A DNA stretch of 64,000 nucleotides. Origin: Mobula hypostoma. Taxonomy: Eukaryota. The stretch's first letter is position 1. Every line of letters starts with the position of its first letter. Below, piece by piece: positions 1-12,694 of the stretch. Made by a program: the position numbers and the translations under genes. The notes under the pieces are model-generated. The model worked only from the letters and a program-made list of their open reading frames with translations, had not been told where the DNA came from and did no database searches. The DNA lies in contig NC_086097.1 in NCBI RefSeq assembly GCF_963921235.1, positions 44,084,001-44,148,000 of the forward strand, written 5' to 3'.

Positions 1-310
1 ATTGACGTAGTCTTCCCCCCTGTGCCTAAAGGAGGTAGCATCCAGCTCATTGGACCCTCAGAACCCAAGACACGCCCTCTTCTCATTACTACCGTTCAGG
101 AGGACCCACAGTCAATAATTCTGGAGCAGCTTCTTCCCGCCATCATCAGATTTCTCAAAGATCCGTGAACCCATGAACACTACCTTATCGTTCCTTTTCT
201 TTTGCACTGTTTATTAATTTTGTAATTTACATTTTTGCAGTGTACTGTTGCAATAAACTGCAAATTCATGTCATATATGACAGTTATAGTGAACAAGATC
301 TTGATCCTGA
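1..310 (+). mobile_element. Rex1/Babar-type LINE 3' end fragment
   Basis: Resembles the better-preserved copies at 19030-19621 and 47270-47810 (cacgccctcttctcattactacc, ttcttccc..ccatc, gaacccatgaacactacc) and has a degenerate tail near 300. Confidence 0.6.
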
Positions 311-540
311 ATCCTTTCTTGAGGGAAAAATGTCTTATAATGCAACATGTCCCCAAAATTGCTTTCTGTGTGTCATTTGAGTCCAAGATAATGTTGCAAT
401 GTTGAAGTTTTGAACTAAGCCAATTGATGCCTCAAAGGTTGTGGAATAGAGTTAACAATAAAAAAGGATCTAGTACTTTCCTGGTGTATATGACAAACAA
501 AATCATCCCAGGCTTCCAGCTGGGTACGAATATTGATTAT

Positions 541-600
541 AACCAATGTTTCAATGACAAACTCTGCCAACTTCATCCAGACTCTGCTCTCTTTATCAGG
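541..600 (-). ncRNA. Degenerate hammerhead-like motif of the PLE at 541-1055
   Basis: Minus strand reads cctgataaagagagcagagt-ctggatgaagt-tggca-gagtt-tgtca-tt-gaaac: a damaged CUGANGA, a stem II and GAAAC, with an apparent ~20 nt tandem duplication. Confidence 0.35.
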
Positions 601-1055
601 GATGATATCTGGGCATGTCTAGTCTGGTGGTATTTATACCCTCATAATCCTTCCTTTCAAATTAGTTCGTCCTCACCCAATCAGGTTTCCACTCTCCCAA
701 CTTGCTTACAAATGAATTCCAGTTCCTACTTAGAGCGGGACCTTCGTCTTCGTTAAAAATTTTTTCCCTTGGTTTTATTTCAATGGCTTCCTTTACCAGG
801 TGGTCCCAAAAGCCATTGGCACGGCACAGTAGTCTTGTGGTGTCGAAGTAAATCCTATGGCCATTGCAAACTCAGAGTTCTGCTACCACCGATTTCTCCG
901 GGTAACCCAAACAGATACACCTTCTGTGCTCCTTGATCCTGTGCTGCACCCTGTGTCCCGTCCGGCCGATATACGCTGCTCTGCGTTCACAGGGAATCCT
1001 GTAAATGCTAGCGATGTGAGTCCCAGGTCATCCTTGACCCGCATAACAGCTTAAC
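541..1055 (-). mobile_element. Penelope-like element (probably Penelope/Poseidon type): GIY-YIG endonuclease remnant plus 3' region
   Basis: Minus-strand translation reads IYRIPCERRAAYIGRTGHRVQHRIKEHRR...FDTTRLLC...LVKEAIEIK...NFNEDEG, with an in-frame stop. These are the GIY-YIG, R..EH, E and N motifs of PLE endonucleases. Confidence 0.75.
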
Positions 1056-2334
1056 AATGTCCGTCAGCAAAAACTATTGTAGCAGCTAAGCATTCTTCCT
1101 GGTGTCTCGGTGAAGTAGAAGATCAAAGGGTTCTCGAAATATACAGTTAATCCATAAGTTAGCATGGCAATAATAAAAAAAAGCAAACATTTTAATTTAT
1201 TTCCAGCAGATGTTGGGGAGTGATAGTAAATCTGTCTGAAATTTAGTTATACCACATTTAGAGTAAGGTGTACAGTTCTAGTTGGCCATGTTGATACAGA
1301 AACACTGGAACAAGCGCAAGGATGATACCAGAAATATGAAGATATTGATAACGAAGAGAAAAGGGCAGAGAGGTGATCTAACAGAGGTCTCTGAAATAAT
1401 AGAAGTACTCTTTCTGTTTTTATAAGACTCAAAGCAGAAAGAATATTTATACTTGATCAAAGCTTTTATTCAGATAAACAAGAGTTATCAGTGGCTTTAC
1501 ACATGACATCAGGTCAACATTACAGTCAGTGACATGAACGGAAATTAGAAACCAAGAAATAATTAAGCTTTTAAAAATCAGGTAACCTAGCCTTAGGAAA
1601 GCCATTTAACAAGGGATGGCATAGAGACTTCATAATACCCTTTTTTTATAAGGTTGCTCTATATGAACTGGTACAGACATTTTGGGCTGAATGACCTGCT
1701 TTATGCAGTAATAATACAACAGTCTATTACCAAACTTGCTTTGTCTGCATCTGAAGGTAAAGGAGATGAAATCTCTTCTCGTGCATGGAGTTTAACTGAT
1801 CTCTCTAAAGCTGCTGTGAGCATTAAATAGCTGTGGCAAGGATGGGGAAGTGACCTCAATGGGTGAAATAGTCAAAGCACACATGCAAGGTTGTATTTGG
1901 GGAATTACTGATCTCAGCGATCAGTGTTATCTCTTTAAATAGCATGGTTTCAGGGAAACATGGCTGGTAAAATCTGGTTGTTCCATGAATAATTAAGAGC
2001 TGGTGCTCATCAGAGCAGCGAGGTAGAAAATTCCACAAATTTTGTTTCTTATATTGCTGTTCGTCTCTGTGCTATCTTTTGAAAGAGCATTATATCCTTT
2101 CAAAAAATAAGGAGGCAACTCAGTTTTTAACAGCATAGCACCTCTAATACATATCATCTATTTTCTGAAGTCTGTTGAGTACAAGAATTAAGAGTACGTA
2201 TATAAAAGTTATGAACTTCAGGAGAATGCTCAGCTTCAATGGGATATGGTCTGAAATGAAATATCAACCTCTCAAGCACACACACAAAATACTGCTGAAC
2301 GCAGCAGGCCAGGCAGCATCTCGAGGAAGAGGTA

Positions 2335-2372
2335 CAGTCGACGTTTCAGGCCGAGACCCTTCGTCAGGACTA
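2335..2372 (-). ncRNA. Minimal type I hammerhead ribozyme motif (intact core)
   Basis: Minus strand: tagtc CTGACGA agg-gtctcgg-cct GAAAC GTC gactg. This gives stem I, the core, stem II, a loopless palindromic stem III (ACGT) and a GUC cleavage triplet. Confidence 0.75.
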
Positions 2373-2898
2373 ACTGAAGGAAGAGTGAGTAAGGGATTTG
2401 AAAGTGGGAGGGGGAGGGGGAGATCCAAAATGATAGGAGAAGACAGGAGGGGGAGGGATGGAGCCAAGAGCTGGAAAGTTGATTGGCAAAAGGGATACAA
2501 GGCTGGAGAAGGGGGAGGATCATGGGACAGGAGGTCTAGGGAGAAAGGAAGGGGGAGGGGAACCCAGAGGAAGATGGAGAGCAGGCAAGGTGTGATTGTG
2601 AGAGGGATAAAGAGAGAAAAGAGAGAGAGAGAGAGAAAAAAAGGAAAAAAATAACAAACAAACAAACAAACAAACAAATAAATAAATAAGGGATGGGGTG
2701 TGAAGAGGAGGTGGGGCATTAACGGAAGTTAGAGAAGTCAATATTCATGCCATCAGGTTGGAGGCTACCCAGACGGAATATAAGGTGTTGTTCCTCCAAC
2801 CTGAGTGTGGCTCCATCTTGACAGCAGAGGAGGCCATGGATGGGCATATCAGAATGGGAATGGGACGTGGAATTAAAATGAGTGGCCACTGGGAGATC

Positions 2899-3333
2899 CT
2901 ACTTTCTCTGGTGGACAGAGCCTAGGTATTCAGTGAAATGGTCTCCCAGTCTGCGTCGGGTCTCGCCAATATATAGAAGGCCACATCGGGAGTACTGGAC
3001 ACAGAATATCACACCAGCCGACTCACAGATGAAATGTTGCCTCACCTGGAAGGACTGTCTGGGACCCTGAATGGTGGTGAGGGAGGAAGTGTAAGGGCAT
3101 GTGTAGCACTTGTTCCGCTTACAAGGATAAGCCGGGAGGGAGATCAGTGGGAAGAGATGGGGGGTACGAATGGACGAGGGAGTCACATAGGGAGCAATCC
3201 CTGTGAAAAGCAGAAAGAGAGGGGAGGGAAAGATGTGCTTAGTTGTGGGATCCTGTTGGAGGTGGCGGAAGTTACGGAGAATAATATGTTGGACCCGGAG
3301 GCTGGTGGGGTCGTAGGTGAGGACAAGGGGCAC
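2899..3333 (-). pseudogene. Cys-rich linker plus GIY-YIG endonuclease of a Neptune-type PLE (fragment)
   Basis: ORF reads PLVLTYDP...PCKRNKCYTCPY...FICESAGVIFCVQYSRCGLLYIGETRRRLGDHFTEY. A Cys-rich segment before the endonuclease is typical of the Neptune group. Confidence 0.85.
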
Positions 3334-4038
3334 CCTATCCCTAGTGGGGTGGCGGGAGGATGGGGTGAGAGCAGATGTATGTGAAATGGGAGAGACGTGT
3401 TTGAGAGCAGAGTTGATGCTGGAGGAAGGGAAGCCTCTTTCAGTCCTTCCAGGTGAGGTGACACTTCACCTGTGAGTTGGTTGGTGTGACCATTTCACTG
3501 AACACCTACACTCTGTCCGCCAGAGAAAGCAGGATCTCCCAGTGGCCACACATTTTAATTCCATGTCCCATTCCCATTCTGATATGTCAATCCATGGCCT
3601 CCTCTACTGTCAAGATGAAGCCACATTCAGGTTGGAGGAACAACACCTTATATTCAATCTGGGTAGCCTCTAACCTGATGGCATGAGCATTGATTTCTCT
3701 AACTTCCGTTAATGCCCCTCCTCCCCTTCTTACCCCATCCTTTATTTATCTATTTATTTATTTATTTATTATTATCCCTTCCCCCCCCCCTTTTCTTTCT
3801 CTCTCTGTTCCTCTCACAATCACTCCTTGCTTGCTCTCCGTCTTCCTCTGGGCTCCCCTCCCCCTTTCTTTCCTCCCTAGGCCTCCCGTCCCATGATCTT
3901 TCCCCTTTTCCAGCTCTGTATCACTTTTGCCAATTAACTTTCCAGCTCTTAGCTTCACCCTTCCCCCTCCTGTCTTCTCCTATCATTTTGGATCTCCCCC
4001 CTCCCCCTCTCAAATCTCTTACTATCTCTTCTTTCAGT

Positions 4039-4076
4039 TAGTCTTAATGAAGGGTCTTGGCCCGAAACGTTGTCTG
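4039..4076 (+). ncRNA. Hammerhead motif copy with mutated core
   Basis: tagtc TTAATGA a ggg-tcttgg-ccc GAAAC GTT gtctg, homologous to 2335-2372. Confidence 0.55.
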
Positions 4077-4649
4077 TACTTCTTCCTATAGATACTGCCT
4101 GGCCTGTTGCGTTCCACCAGCATTTTGTGTGTGTTGCTTGAATTTCCAGCACCTGCAAATTTTCTCATGTTTGCGTTTTTAATATCAACCTCTCCTTTGT
4201 TTTAGACCACATATTTGATCAGTCTGGATAATTTATGTAAAATATCTCCTTCCAAGATTATCATGCAAAAATGCAGAAAATCTCTTTGTGATCTTCCATT
4301 ATTAGTTGGTTAAATCAACAATTTATTGATCTTTCTACAAGAGCATGAAATTGTGAATTGGCCACCAACTTCACAAACTGAACTTTAGTTTTCTTGACGT
4401 GTCATGCTCCCGAGGCTCCTGAAGAAGTTTGAGACCCCCCGATAATGGCCTCACCACCTAATCTCTGACTTTTAGCTTTCTCTCTCCATGTTTCCACCAT
4501 GCCCCAATTCACTGGTTCAATTTAATTCAGATAGCCACCATCTTCCCCAGGCCCACATCCACAGCCAGAATTTTCATGTCCTCCACTTGTAGTCCAGTGG
4601 AGCCCACATTGGGCTGATAATCTTCTCCCTTGACAGAGTTCAGGACAGA

Positions 4650-5672
4650 GTGTCTGGTTCAGGATTTTGGTAACTAGTGGTGTTCACGGGGTTCAGTGTT
4701 GGGACCACTTCTTTTCACTTTATGCGTCAATGATATGGATGGTGGAACTGATGGCTTTGTTGCCAGATTTGTGGACAATACAGAGATAGGTGGAGGGGCA
4801 GGTAGTATTGAGCAAGCAGGGAGTCTGCAGAAGGACTTAGATTAAGAGAATGAGCAAATAAGTGGCAGATGGAATACAGTGTAAGGAAGTCATATAATTT
4901 GGTGAAAAGGATAAAGACTTAAACTATTTTCTAAATGGGGAGTAAGTTCAGAAATCAGAGGTGCAGAGGGACTTGGGAACCTTGTGCAGGATTTCCTAAA
5001 GGTTAACTTGCAGATTGAGTCAATGGCAAGGAAGGCAAATGAAATGTTAGCATTCATTTCAAGAGAACTAAAATATAAAAGCAAGAATGTAATGCTAAGG
5101 CTTTATAAGGCATTGATCAGACTGTACTTGGAGTATTGTTAGCAGTTTTGGACCTTGTATCTAAAAACGGATGTGCTGGCATTGGAGAGGGTCCAGTGGA
5201 GGTGAATGAGAATTATCTAAGGAATGAAACGGTTAACATATGAGGAGGTTTGATGGCTCTGGGCCTGTATCGCTGGAGTTTATGAGAATGAGGGAGTCTC
5301 ACATTTATATCTGTGGTATATTGAAAGGCCTCGATAGAGTAGACATGGAGAGAATGTTTCCATTACTGGGAGAGTCTAGGACCAGAGGGCACAGCCTCAG
5401 AATAGGACATCCCTTTTTTTTTTAACAGAAATGAGGCATTTCTTTACCCATAGGGTAGTGAACCTGTGGAATTCATTGCCACAGACTGCTTGTAGGCCAA
5501 GTCATTAGATATATTTAAAGTTGAGGTTGATGGATTCTTGATTAGTAAGTAGTTACAGGGAGAAAGCAGCAGAATGGGGTTGACAAGGATAATAAATCAG
5601 CCATGCTGGAATGGCAGTGCAAGCTTAGTAGTTTGAATGGCTAAATTATGCTTCTATGTCTTATGGTCTTAT
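4650..5672 (+). mobile_element. CR1-clade LINE, 3' part of RT through 3' end
   Basis: Decayed [14 protein letters not shown] and FADD-like motifs, SRTRGHSL near the C-terminus, and a tatggtct tandem tail. Confidence 0.85.
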
Positions 5673-5765
5673 AGTCTACTGGCATACCAATGATCAGTCT
5701 ATACAGTTAACTGAAAGCAACCAGGGATTCCTTCAGAGGGATGTTGGTCTGGGAGAGGTGCTGAC

Positions 5766-6000
5766 ATAGACCATAAGCCCTTAAGACATAGGAGCAGAAT
5801 TAGTCCATTTGGCCCATCGAGTCTGCTCCGCCATTCAGTTATGGCTGATCCTTAATTTATTCCCCTCCTCAGACCCACTCCCTGGCCTCCCCGTAATGTT
5901 TGATGCTGTGTCCAATCAAGAACCTATCAAGCTCTGCCTTAAATACACCCAACGACCTGGCCTCCACAGCTGCATGTGGTAATAAATTCCACAAATTCTC
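5766..6000 (-). mobile_element. CR1 LINE 3' end
   Basis: agaccataag..gacataggagcagaattag..ccatttggcccatcgagtctgctcc matches the 3' end of the copy ending near 13793. Confidence 0.7.
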
Positions 6001-6029
6001 CATGTTATCACTTGAATTTGAAGGATGTT

Positions 6030-6680
6030 GCAGAGAAAGCATTGGTGTTATTTTCCTAGTCCCTTGAGATGCCAGCTATTGCTATTTCAGGTCGCAGAAA
6101 AAAATTGGAGGAATGATATCTCTGTTGCCAAGTGGCCTATCAGTGGTGAAGTTCATCATCAATTACTGCCCCTGTCAAGAGATGGCCCTCAAGATAGGGG
6201 AATCTGTCCACATTTTCCAAGATCTTGCATTAACATTAGTTGTCAGAAGGTGGTGTGATACAGCAGGGGAAGACTGCCTTTCAGATATTGGGTGTCTCCA
6301 GCTATCAAAGTCAACTATTCCTTGGAGCTTGTCAACCAAGGATGCGTAAGTGCAAGCGCCATCTGCTATTGCATGACCTGAGAACTGGAGTAAAGCCTGA
6401 ACAATTTCCTATTAGTTCTGAAGATTAGATCCATTTCCACTGGAACTTTGATGGAGTTGATGTGTTATATTGTAGTAAGAAAGACTGAGAAAAGTATTGG
6501 GTCAATGAGGCAGCCTCGTTTGACACCATTCTTTGAGGATGGTGCTGTTGTAGATCCACAGAGCAATTTCAAGACTGACGTGCCTCTGCAGAGCAAACAG
6601 AAGGTGGTGATGAGTTTTTCTAAACTACTCACTAAACCTTTTGACTCCATCAATTAGGAGGCACCGTGGAACAATCTCAA
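6030..6680 (-). mobile_element. Decayed RTE-clade LINE RT fragment
   Basis: KNGVKRGCLIDPILFSVF resembles the RTE motif GVKQGCVLAPxLF. Confidence 0.55.
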
Positions 6681-7569
6681 ATTGCATAACGTAGTGCACA
6701 AACTACAAACGACATTTGGATCTTCTGTGCTTCAAACATGTTTCCCATATCACTCCATTCCTATTTACTTCTCAGCCAAGGGGCCCTTAATCTGACCAGT
6801 CAGCCCTGTTCCTTTTCCCACAGATGTATTCTGAGCTACTATTCCCTATATTTTCTGCTTTTATTCTGTTTATGTCCATTTACCCTGTATTCTTTAGTGA
6901 ACTCATGATGTTTAATTAGCTGAGTAACACCCACCATCTGTTCCACCTACCTAGCTTAAACATTCTTTCAAATATTACTGTTAGGATAAAATAGTAGATT
7001 ATTCTAAGGAGGGTTGAGTGTTGTCATGTTAAGCTAAGCAGTCATAATGCTTCTTTGCAGCAGTTTATTAGGCTAATGTGATATAAAACTACTTTTGTTT
7101 AAGTGAAATTGTATGTGGTTGGGATACGATATATTGCTAAAACATTACATTATCTAAAAGTGAAACTCTTAGATGTGTTTTGGAATGCTTATGTCAATTA
7201 TTTCAACTTCATCTTTAGACTTGAGGGAGACAAAAATAAAAGCCTGGTTTTATTTTATTTGGGCAAGTGTCACCCATGTTATCTGCTGTTACTGTGAAGC
7301 TCAAATGGGGAGGGAAAGAGGGGACTGGATTTCATGCTGGGCCTGCATAATTCAAATTGTGGCTGAATCTCTTAAATAAGATGGTAACTTATAAATTCTC
7401 AATTATTTTTAAACATGTGCTGAAACGATATTATGTAAGGAGTTTAAGTCAGATTTCGTTGAAGCCCTGAGGCTTTGATATTTTATCAAGCACAACGGGC
7501 ATACACCAGAACCGAAGTACTTAAACGCGGAACCAAGTTCATCAAAGGTTGAAAAAGAAACTAGAAAGC

Positions 7570-7792
7570 TCATGATTACATTGAGCTGGATTGAATATGC
7601 TGGCTCTTATGACTTTGTGTTTCATTTTCTGTGTTTCTTGTTTTTTTGTTGCCTTTCACACGATTTGCGTTTTTTGCGCGTGGGGCTGTGGGGATGATGT
7701 TTTTCTTTGTTTCCTGGCTGTCTGTGGGGAAGGCAAATCTCAGCATTATATACTGCATACATACTTCGATAATAAATGTAATCTGAATCTTT
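7570..7792 (+). mobile_element. 3' portion of a non-autonomous LINE/SINE-like repeat
   Basis: Homologous to 36050-36304 (tatactgcat...gataataaatgta plus a tgaa-type tandem tail). Confidence 0.5.
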
Positions 7793-7999
7793 TGTCTCCA
7801 CGAATTCTGAAGCCAATGATAAAAGGTGAGAATATTTTGTTGACATCCAGCAAAGATTGTCTTGAATTTCTATTTCAAGAACACAATTATTTGGAGAAGC
7901 CCAAGAAGCATATTTTCAATTAACTTATCTTTTGAAAGATTATCACATTTTAAACATGGCATACACAATAGACAATTTATTTAGAGATTGTTATTGCAA

Positions 8000-8330
8000 C
8001 AGCCTCTTGGTTCCAGAGACCCAGATTTGATCATGAATGCAGATGCATTTTCTATGCAGAGTTTGCATGTGTTCCCTGTGGTCCTCTTTTATCAGTTTTC
8101 CTCTTTTATCCAATATCCTGCCACATCCCAAAGGTGTTCTTATACGTTAATTGACTGCTCTAAATTACCCCTACTGTACATCAGTGGCAAAAACATCTAA
8201 GAGGAACTGGTGGTTATGTGAAAGAACATGACTTCAGCAAAATAAAGTGAGAGGGAATGGGACTTACGAGATTTTTCCAGAAGGAGCATACATAGACCCT
8301 ATAGCCCTAATAGCATTCTTCTGTGTCATA
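8000..8330 (+). mobile_element. Decayed V-SINE/HE1-like SINE
   Basis: gagtttgcatgtgttccctgtgg resembles the V-SINE core, and taaattacccct..tgt follows downstream. Confidence 0.45.
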
Positions 8331-8639
8331 GTAAATAATTAAGTAAATAACTTCATCATTCCAAAGACATAACGAGCAAAGAAAGTCCTTGTTGGCCTTA
8401 TTTTGGGATATAAAAAAGATTGGGCTAGACATTTAGTTGCACCCACAAAAGTGTGACAATGATAGCGTAAGCATTCAATTTGACGTGGACCCATGGGTCA
8501 ACTGGAATATGTTCACTGTTTATTACAATGGCTCAATCATACATGTGTTTTACCAACAGAAATGATTTTGTCTGTATAGTGCACATTCTGAATGGACGTG
8601 CATTCTAGCTATGGAATAAATAAAAACGTAAAAACAGAG

Positions 8640-10500
8640 ACCACCCATAGGGTGAAATTGTCAGTTCCTATGGATACAGGGACGTCACTGTGAAACACTT
8701 GCTGTTCTCCAATAGCAAGTGGTGGATGGTGCTCATCATTGAAAACACGAGGAACAAGTCAAAGTAGTGGTGGTCAAGCAGTGTCCAAATGGAATAGAAA
8801 CAATTACAGTAGAAAACCAGAGAAGTGGGGGCTAACATAAAAATGAAAATGTAAATGAAAGGTATGTTGCAAGGTGCACAGTTTACACAGCCACCCACAA
8901 TGGAAAGAAAAAAAGTTCAACAATTTCAAAATTAAAGCCCGATAATTGAGACACCTGTATAAATATTGATGCAGCTCCCAAGGGAAGAGATACAATGACT
9001 GAAAATATATGAAGAACAAATTCTATTGCGGCCTCAAGAAGATAAGGGCAAATAGAATGTTTCATCTTCCATAATGGGCAAAAACAAAGCTACCGATTAT
9101 GGTCGATGATTACGTGAGCAAATCAACTCTCGTGAGAAGGTAGTTGAAAGAGTTAAGAAACAAATATTTAAAGAAGCTTTTGGAACAATTAGAGTTCATT
9201 TGTGGACATAAATGGCTGTAACCCAACCCAGATGGCAAACTGATCCAATATAAAACTAAACTGCTTGACAGACCAGAAGAGTTTGACAAATTAGAGCAAC
9301 ATGGTGCATTGGTGAGAGTTACAGAGAGATTGGTTCAGATTTACTGTGGTGGTACAAAACAAGATACGATCACGCAGCTCTGCAGGGATTACAAACTGAT
9401 CCCAAACTGCATGATGAAAATTGTTCTCTGTCCATGTCTTAAGAGATTTTTTTTCCTGAATTGACTGGGGGTATTTACTGAATTAGAGTTTTTCAAAGCC
9501 TCCCTCACCTTACTTGAAATTTAACTCTCTCAGAATGATTGCACTTATAAATCAAGCTACCACATGGAATAAAACATTGCTAAAAACATTCAAGGTGACT
9601 GTAGATAAGTTGTTTTTAGGAGTTCAGCACTTTTATTAGCAGTCAGAATTCTAAACACCACAGCCATGGAGAAGGGAAACCTTTACATGTTTGAGGAAGA
9701 GTTAAGTTATACTTCAGCTCTGTGAGCATATGAAACAGGTTATTTCAAAAGAAAGCTGAGATAGAAAATGGGACAACTTGACTGAACTCTGGAGATGATC
9801 AATGCGACCTCAGAAGTCTACATTTCTCCTCATACTGCTGAGTCAATCATTAAAGAAAGGTAAGTCATAACATGAGAAGAATGATCAGCAAAGTGCATAC
9901 AATCATTGCAAGAATTTTCCCTTTTCCTTTTGGTGCACTATAACAGCGACTTTCTCTAAAGCTTGCTTGTGGTGCTTCTAAGTGCTGATTAGCCATCTTG
10001 TGGCTATTACTTAAGACTACAAAGGCGTTTTACTTACCACAGGTCTCTCCTGGCCATTATTCAATGGACGTTCGCTATTCCTATGATTGTAGGTCAAGAA
10101 TAGACAACTAGGTACCCCTGCTGCATTGATACAACAATAATATTGAGTATAGTACATCCAAACAAAATGTTCTGCCTTATATTTTATCAAGACTACCCTA
10201 CGAAGAAAACTTGGAAAATGGAATTTCTATTCAATCAAAATGGCACCTGCTTTCATGCTGTATTGGTGGAAATGGATAGAACTATTTAAAAAATCCTCAA
10301 TGCTGAGGAAACTATTACAGGTATGGAAGATGGCATAAAATAATTTCATTATGGAAATTATGATCTGGCTCCCAGTAATGATGGTATAAAATGGTGATGA
10401 TAGCAAAGGGTGTTTATGGAAGAACTCCATGCCAAAGGCATGGAATAGTGAATAGTGAAACTCCATATTTTGTGGGAAGAATTCTAGAATTTATGGATTT
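8640..10500 (+). mobile_element. Very old Gypsy pol remnant
   Basis: Residual LCRDYKL (~9378), KLPHGI (~9554) and LACGAS (~9963) appear in RT-RNaseH order. Confidence 0.4.
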
Positions 10501-11019
10501 TTTGGAAGATAATTTCCATAGCCATATCTTTTAAAACCTCGAGATACAGGTCAACAGATCTTGTATAAATTGTATTAATTGCCCTAATGGAATATATTTT
10601 ATTGTTGCTAATTTCATTCATCTTCTCATTCTTTCTGAACCTATTACTCTCCACTTTTCTCCCCGCCTTAGTCTTGAGGTTTTGCTAATATTTTCCTTTA
10701 TAAATCACTAATGAAGCTTTTACGGCATGCCTTTAGGCTCCCCACTAGATTACTTGAATATTCTGCTTTCTCTTACCTTTTCAACACTTTGGTCTTACTT
10801 TGCTGAATTCTGAATATTTTCCACTTTCTTAAACCACATTTTTGGATATATAATGCCTTCTATCATGACACAGGATGCAAAGAGGTGACATTCAATCTGC
10901 ATGATATGACCAGGTAGGTCAAAGGTTACTTAGGTCAAAAGTGAGAAGATTGAACATTGGGGGAAGAAAGTGGAAGCATATTGTTTTAGAAATCTTCTTA
11001 CTGATTGGTGAGAAATTCA

Positions 11020-11420
11020 AAAATAGGTTGGACAAAACCTGTATTGTTCTCTAGAGCATTGGAAGCTGTGGAGAGACCTGTTGGAAGTTTATAAAATTAT
11101 ATGAGGTATAGGTAAGGTAAAACAGCCACAATCTTTTTCTCGTGGGTCAAAAATATGGAATATCAGAGGATGTAGCTTTAAGCTGAGGGAGGAGGGAGGG
11201 GAGTATAAAAGAGCTGTGCAAGTCAAGTATTTTTTAAAGACAGAGAGTGGTAGAAATGCCTGTAGCAGCTTACAAGATCTGGTGGTGGTGTTCAAGAGGC
11301 TTTTAGATACACATATCAAATGGAGGAATAGGGATCATGTGTAGGCTGAAGGCATCAAGCTCCGCATCAAAAACGTAAGCCAAAGCGCCTGTTCCGGTGG
11401 AATATTGTTCAACGTTCTAG
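11020..11420 (+). mobile_element. CR1 LINE 3' end
   Basis: gagacctg..gaagtttataaaattat...agaggatgtagctttaag...cagagagtggtagaaatgcctg, the CR1 C-terminus and 3' UTR. Confidence 0.6.
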
Positions 11421-12694
11421 GACACCATGGAGAATAGCAATGAGTACAGCAGGATCAAAGATATTCCCAAGGTGAATCCCACAATTGTTCAAGAAGAACC
11501 ATTACATATTCTTGATGTGACCCAAAGGTGAAAGCCTATAGGCAGAAGGTAGTCCTGCAGCACAAGTAACATCAGTACTAACGTGAAGAGTTACGAGTAC
11601 ACAAACCTGCTATTTGTAAATGCTTTTCTACAAAAAAACTTGGCAGCAGTGCTGTAATGTGTAATTTTATCTGCAAACAATGCTGTCTTTCCTATAAGGA
11701 CTGCTTGCTGGACTGCAAAAAATAGGAAGTTTATAAAAAGTTCTGGAGACCCACTGAGAAAGGCCCTTGAATAAGGTATGTTCTCCTTCCATCTCATATC
11801 AATGAGCCTGTGCTTACTCCTAGGGATTTCATTAGAGGTGAAGAATCTGCTGAGCACACATACTTTACAGTATCTGAAAACTGGATAAATGACCATCATA
11901 TCATCCAGCCTCTAGGCTGTTGCAATTAGACCAAGCTGATTAATATGCCATATGCTTAGTCCTTTATAAACTTGTAAAGGAAACAGGTTTCTCCTTGCTT
12001 TTGTCATACTTTGGTGCCGATATTTTCATTAAACTCATAAAGATTTTCAACAAAGATCTTTGTCTTAATATTGCAATTTACTTCAAAACTTGGATCCAAA
12101 GCTGGGAAGACTTATTATCCTTCTGTATGGGACAGATTGCATCATATCTGCAATTTGTTGAATCTGAATCAGACTGTGATGAATTTTAATTATCCTATAG
12201 TTAATAATTTTGCACTTAATTGCAAATATATGAAAGTTATGTGCTTAACTGAAAGCATAAACATATTAAAGCAAGAGTGCCATCTACAGCTAGAACATTT
12301 GTATATTTTAATAATTTAAAGATAAGATATTTCATGCAGAAATTAAATTTCTAATATTGTTGTTTGAATGGCTTTGGACCATTGTTAATGAACTCAACAT
12401 GTGCACTTATTTAGTCAAAAATCATTCTGGATCTGAAGTATGAAAACACAGCATAAGTAGACTTTAACTGAGAAAAGGAACATGTCTATGAACAGCTGTA
12501 ACTAATACACTGAGTTCTGATTTAAAAATTTATGTATATTGGAATTTGGACAGTATATACCACTATCAGAACAAAGAATAAATATGGAGACACAGTATAG
12601 CTGCATTCCTCTGACCTACAATTATGCAGGGAGAACACTCTCCAATCTTCACTAAGTTGACATACTCTCTTGAGCATCAGGTGAAGATCAAAGA

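Larger units (their letters stand above)
2274..4180. mobile_element. Fold-back (inverted) insertion of a Neptune-type PLE: minus arm 2274-3440, plus arm 3441-4180
   Basis: The arms are reverse-complement homologues with 3' ends facing outward. A perfect 14-bp direct repeat aatatcaacctctc flanks them at 2260-2273 and 4181-4194. Confidence 0.85.

Noticed and set aside
2274..4180. Reading the fold-back inserts as DNA transposons or MITEs with long TIRs
   Set aside because: The arms are PLE 3' sequence (GIY-YIG, hammerhead) and asymmetric. TSDs of 13-14 bp do not fit common cut-and-paste superfamilies.
11805..11885. Possible minus-strand micro-exon (ttttcag ... gtaagc)
   Set aside because: The splice-like signals could occur by chance. 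The peptides are unrecognisable and no partner exons were found.
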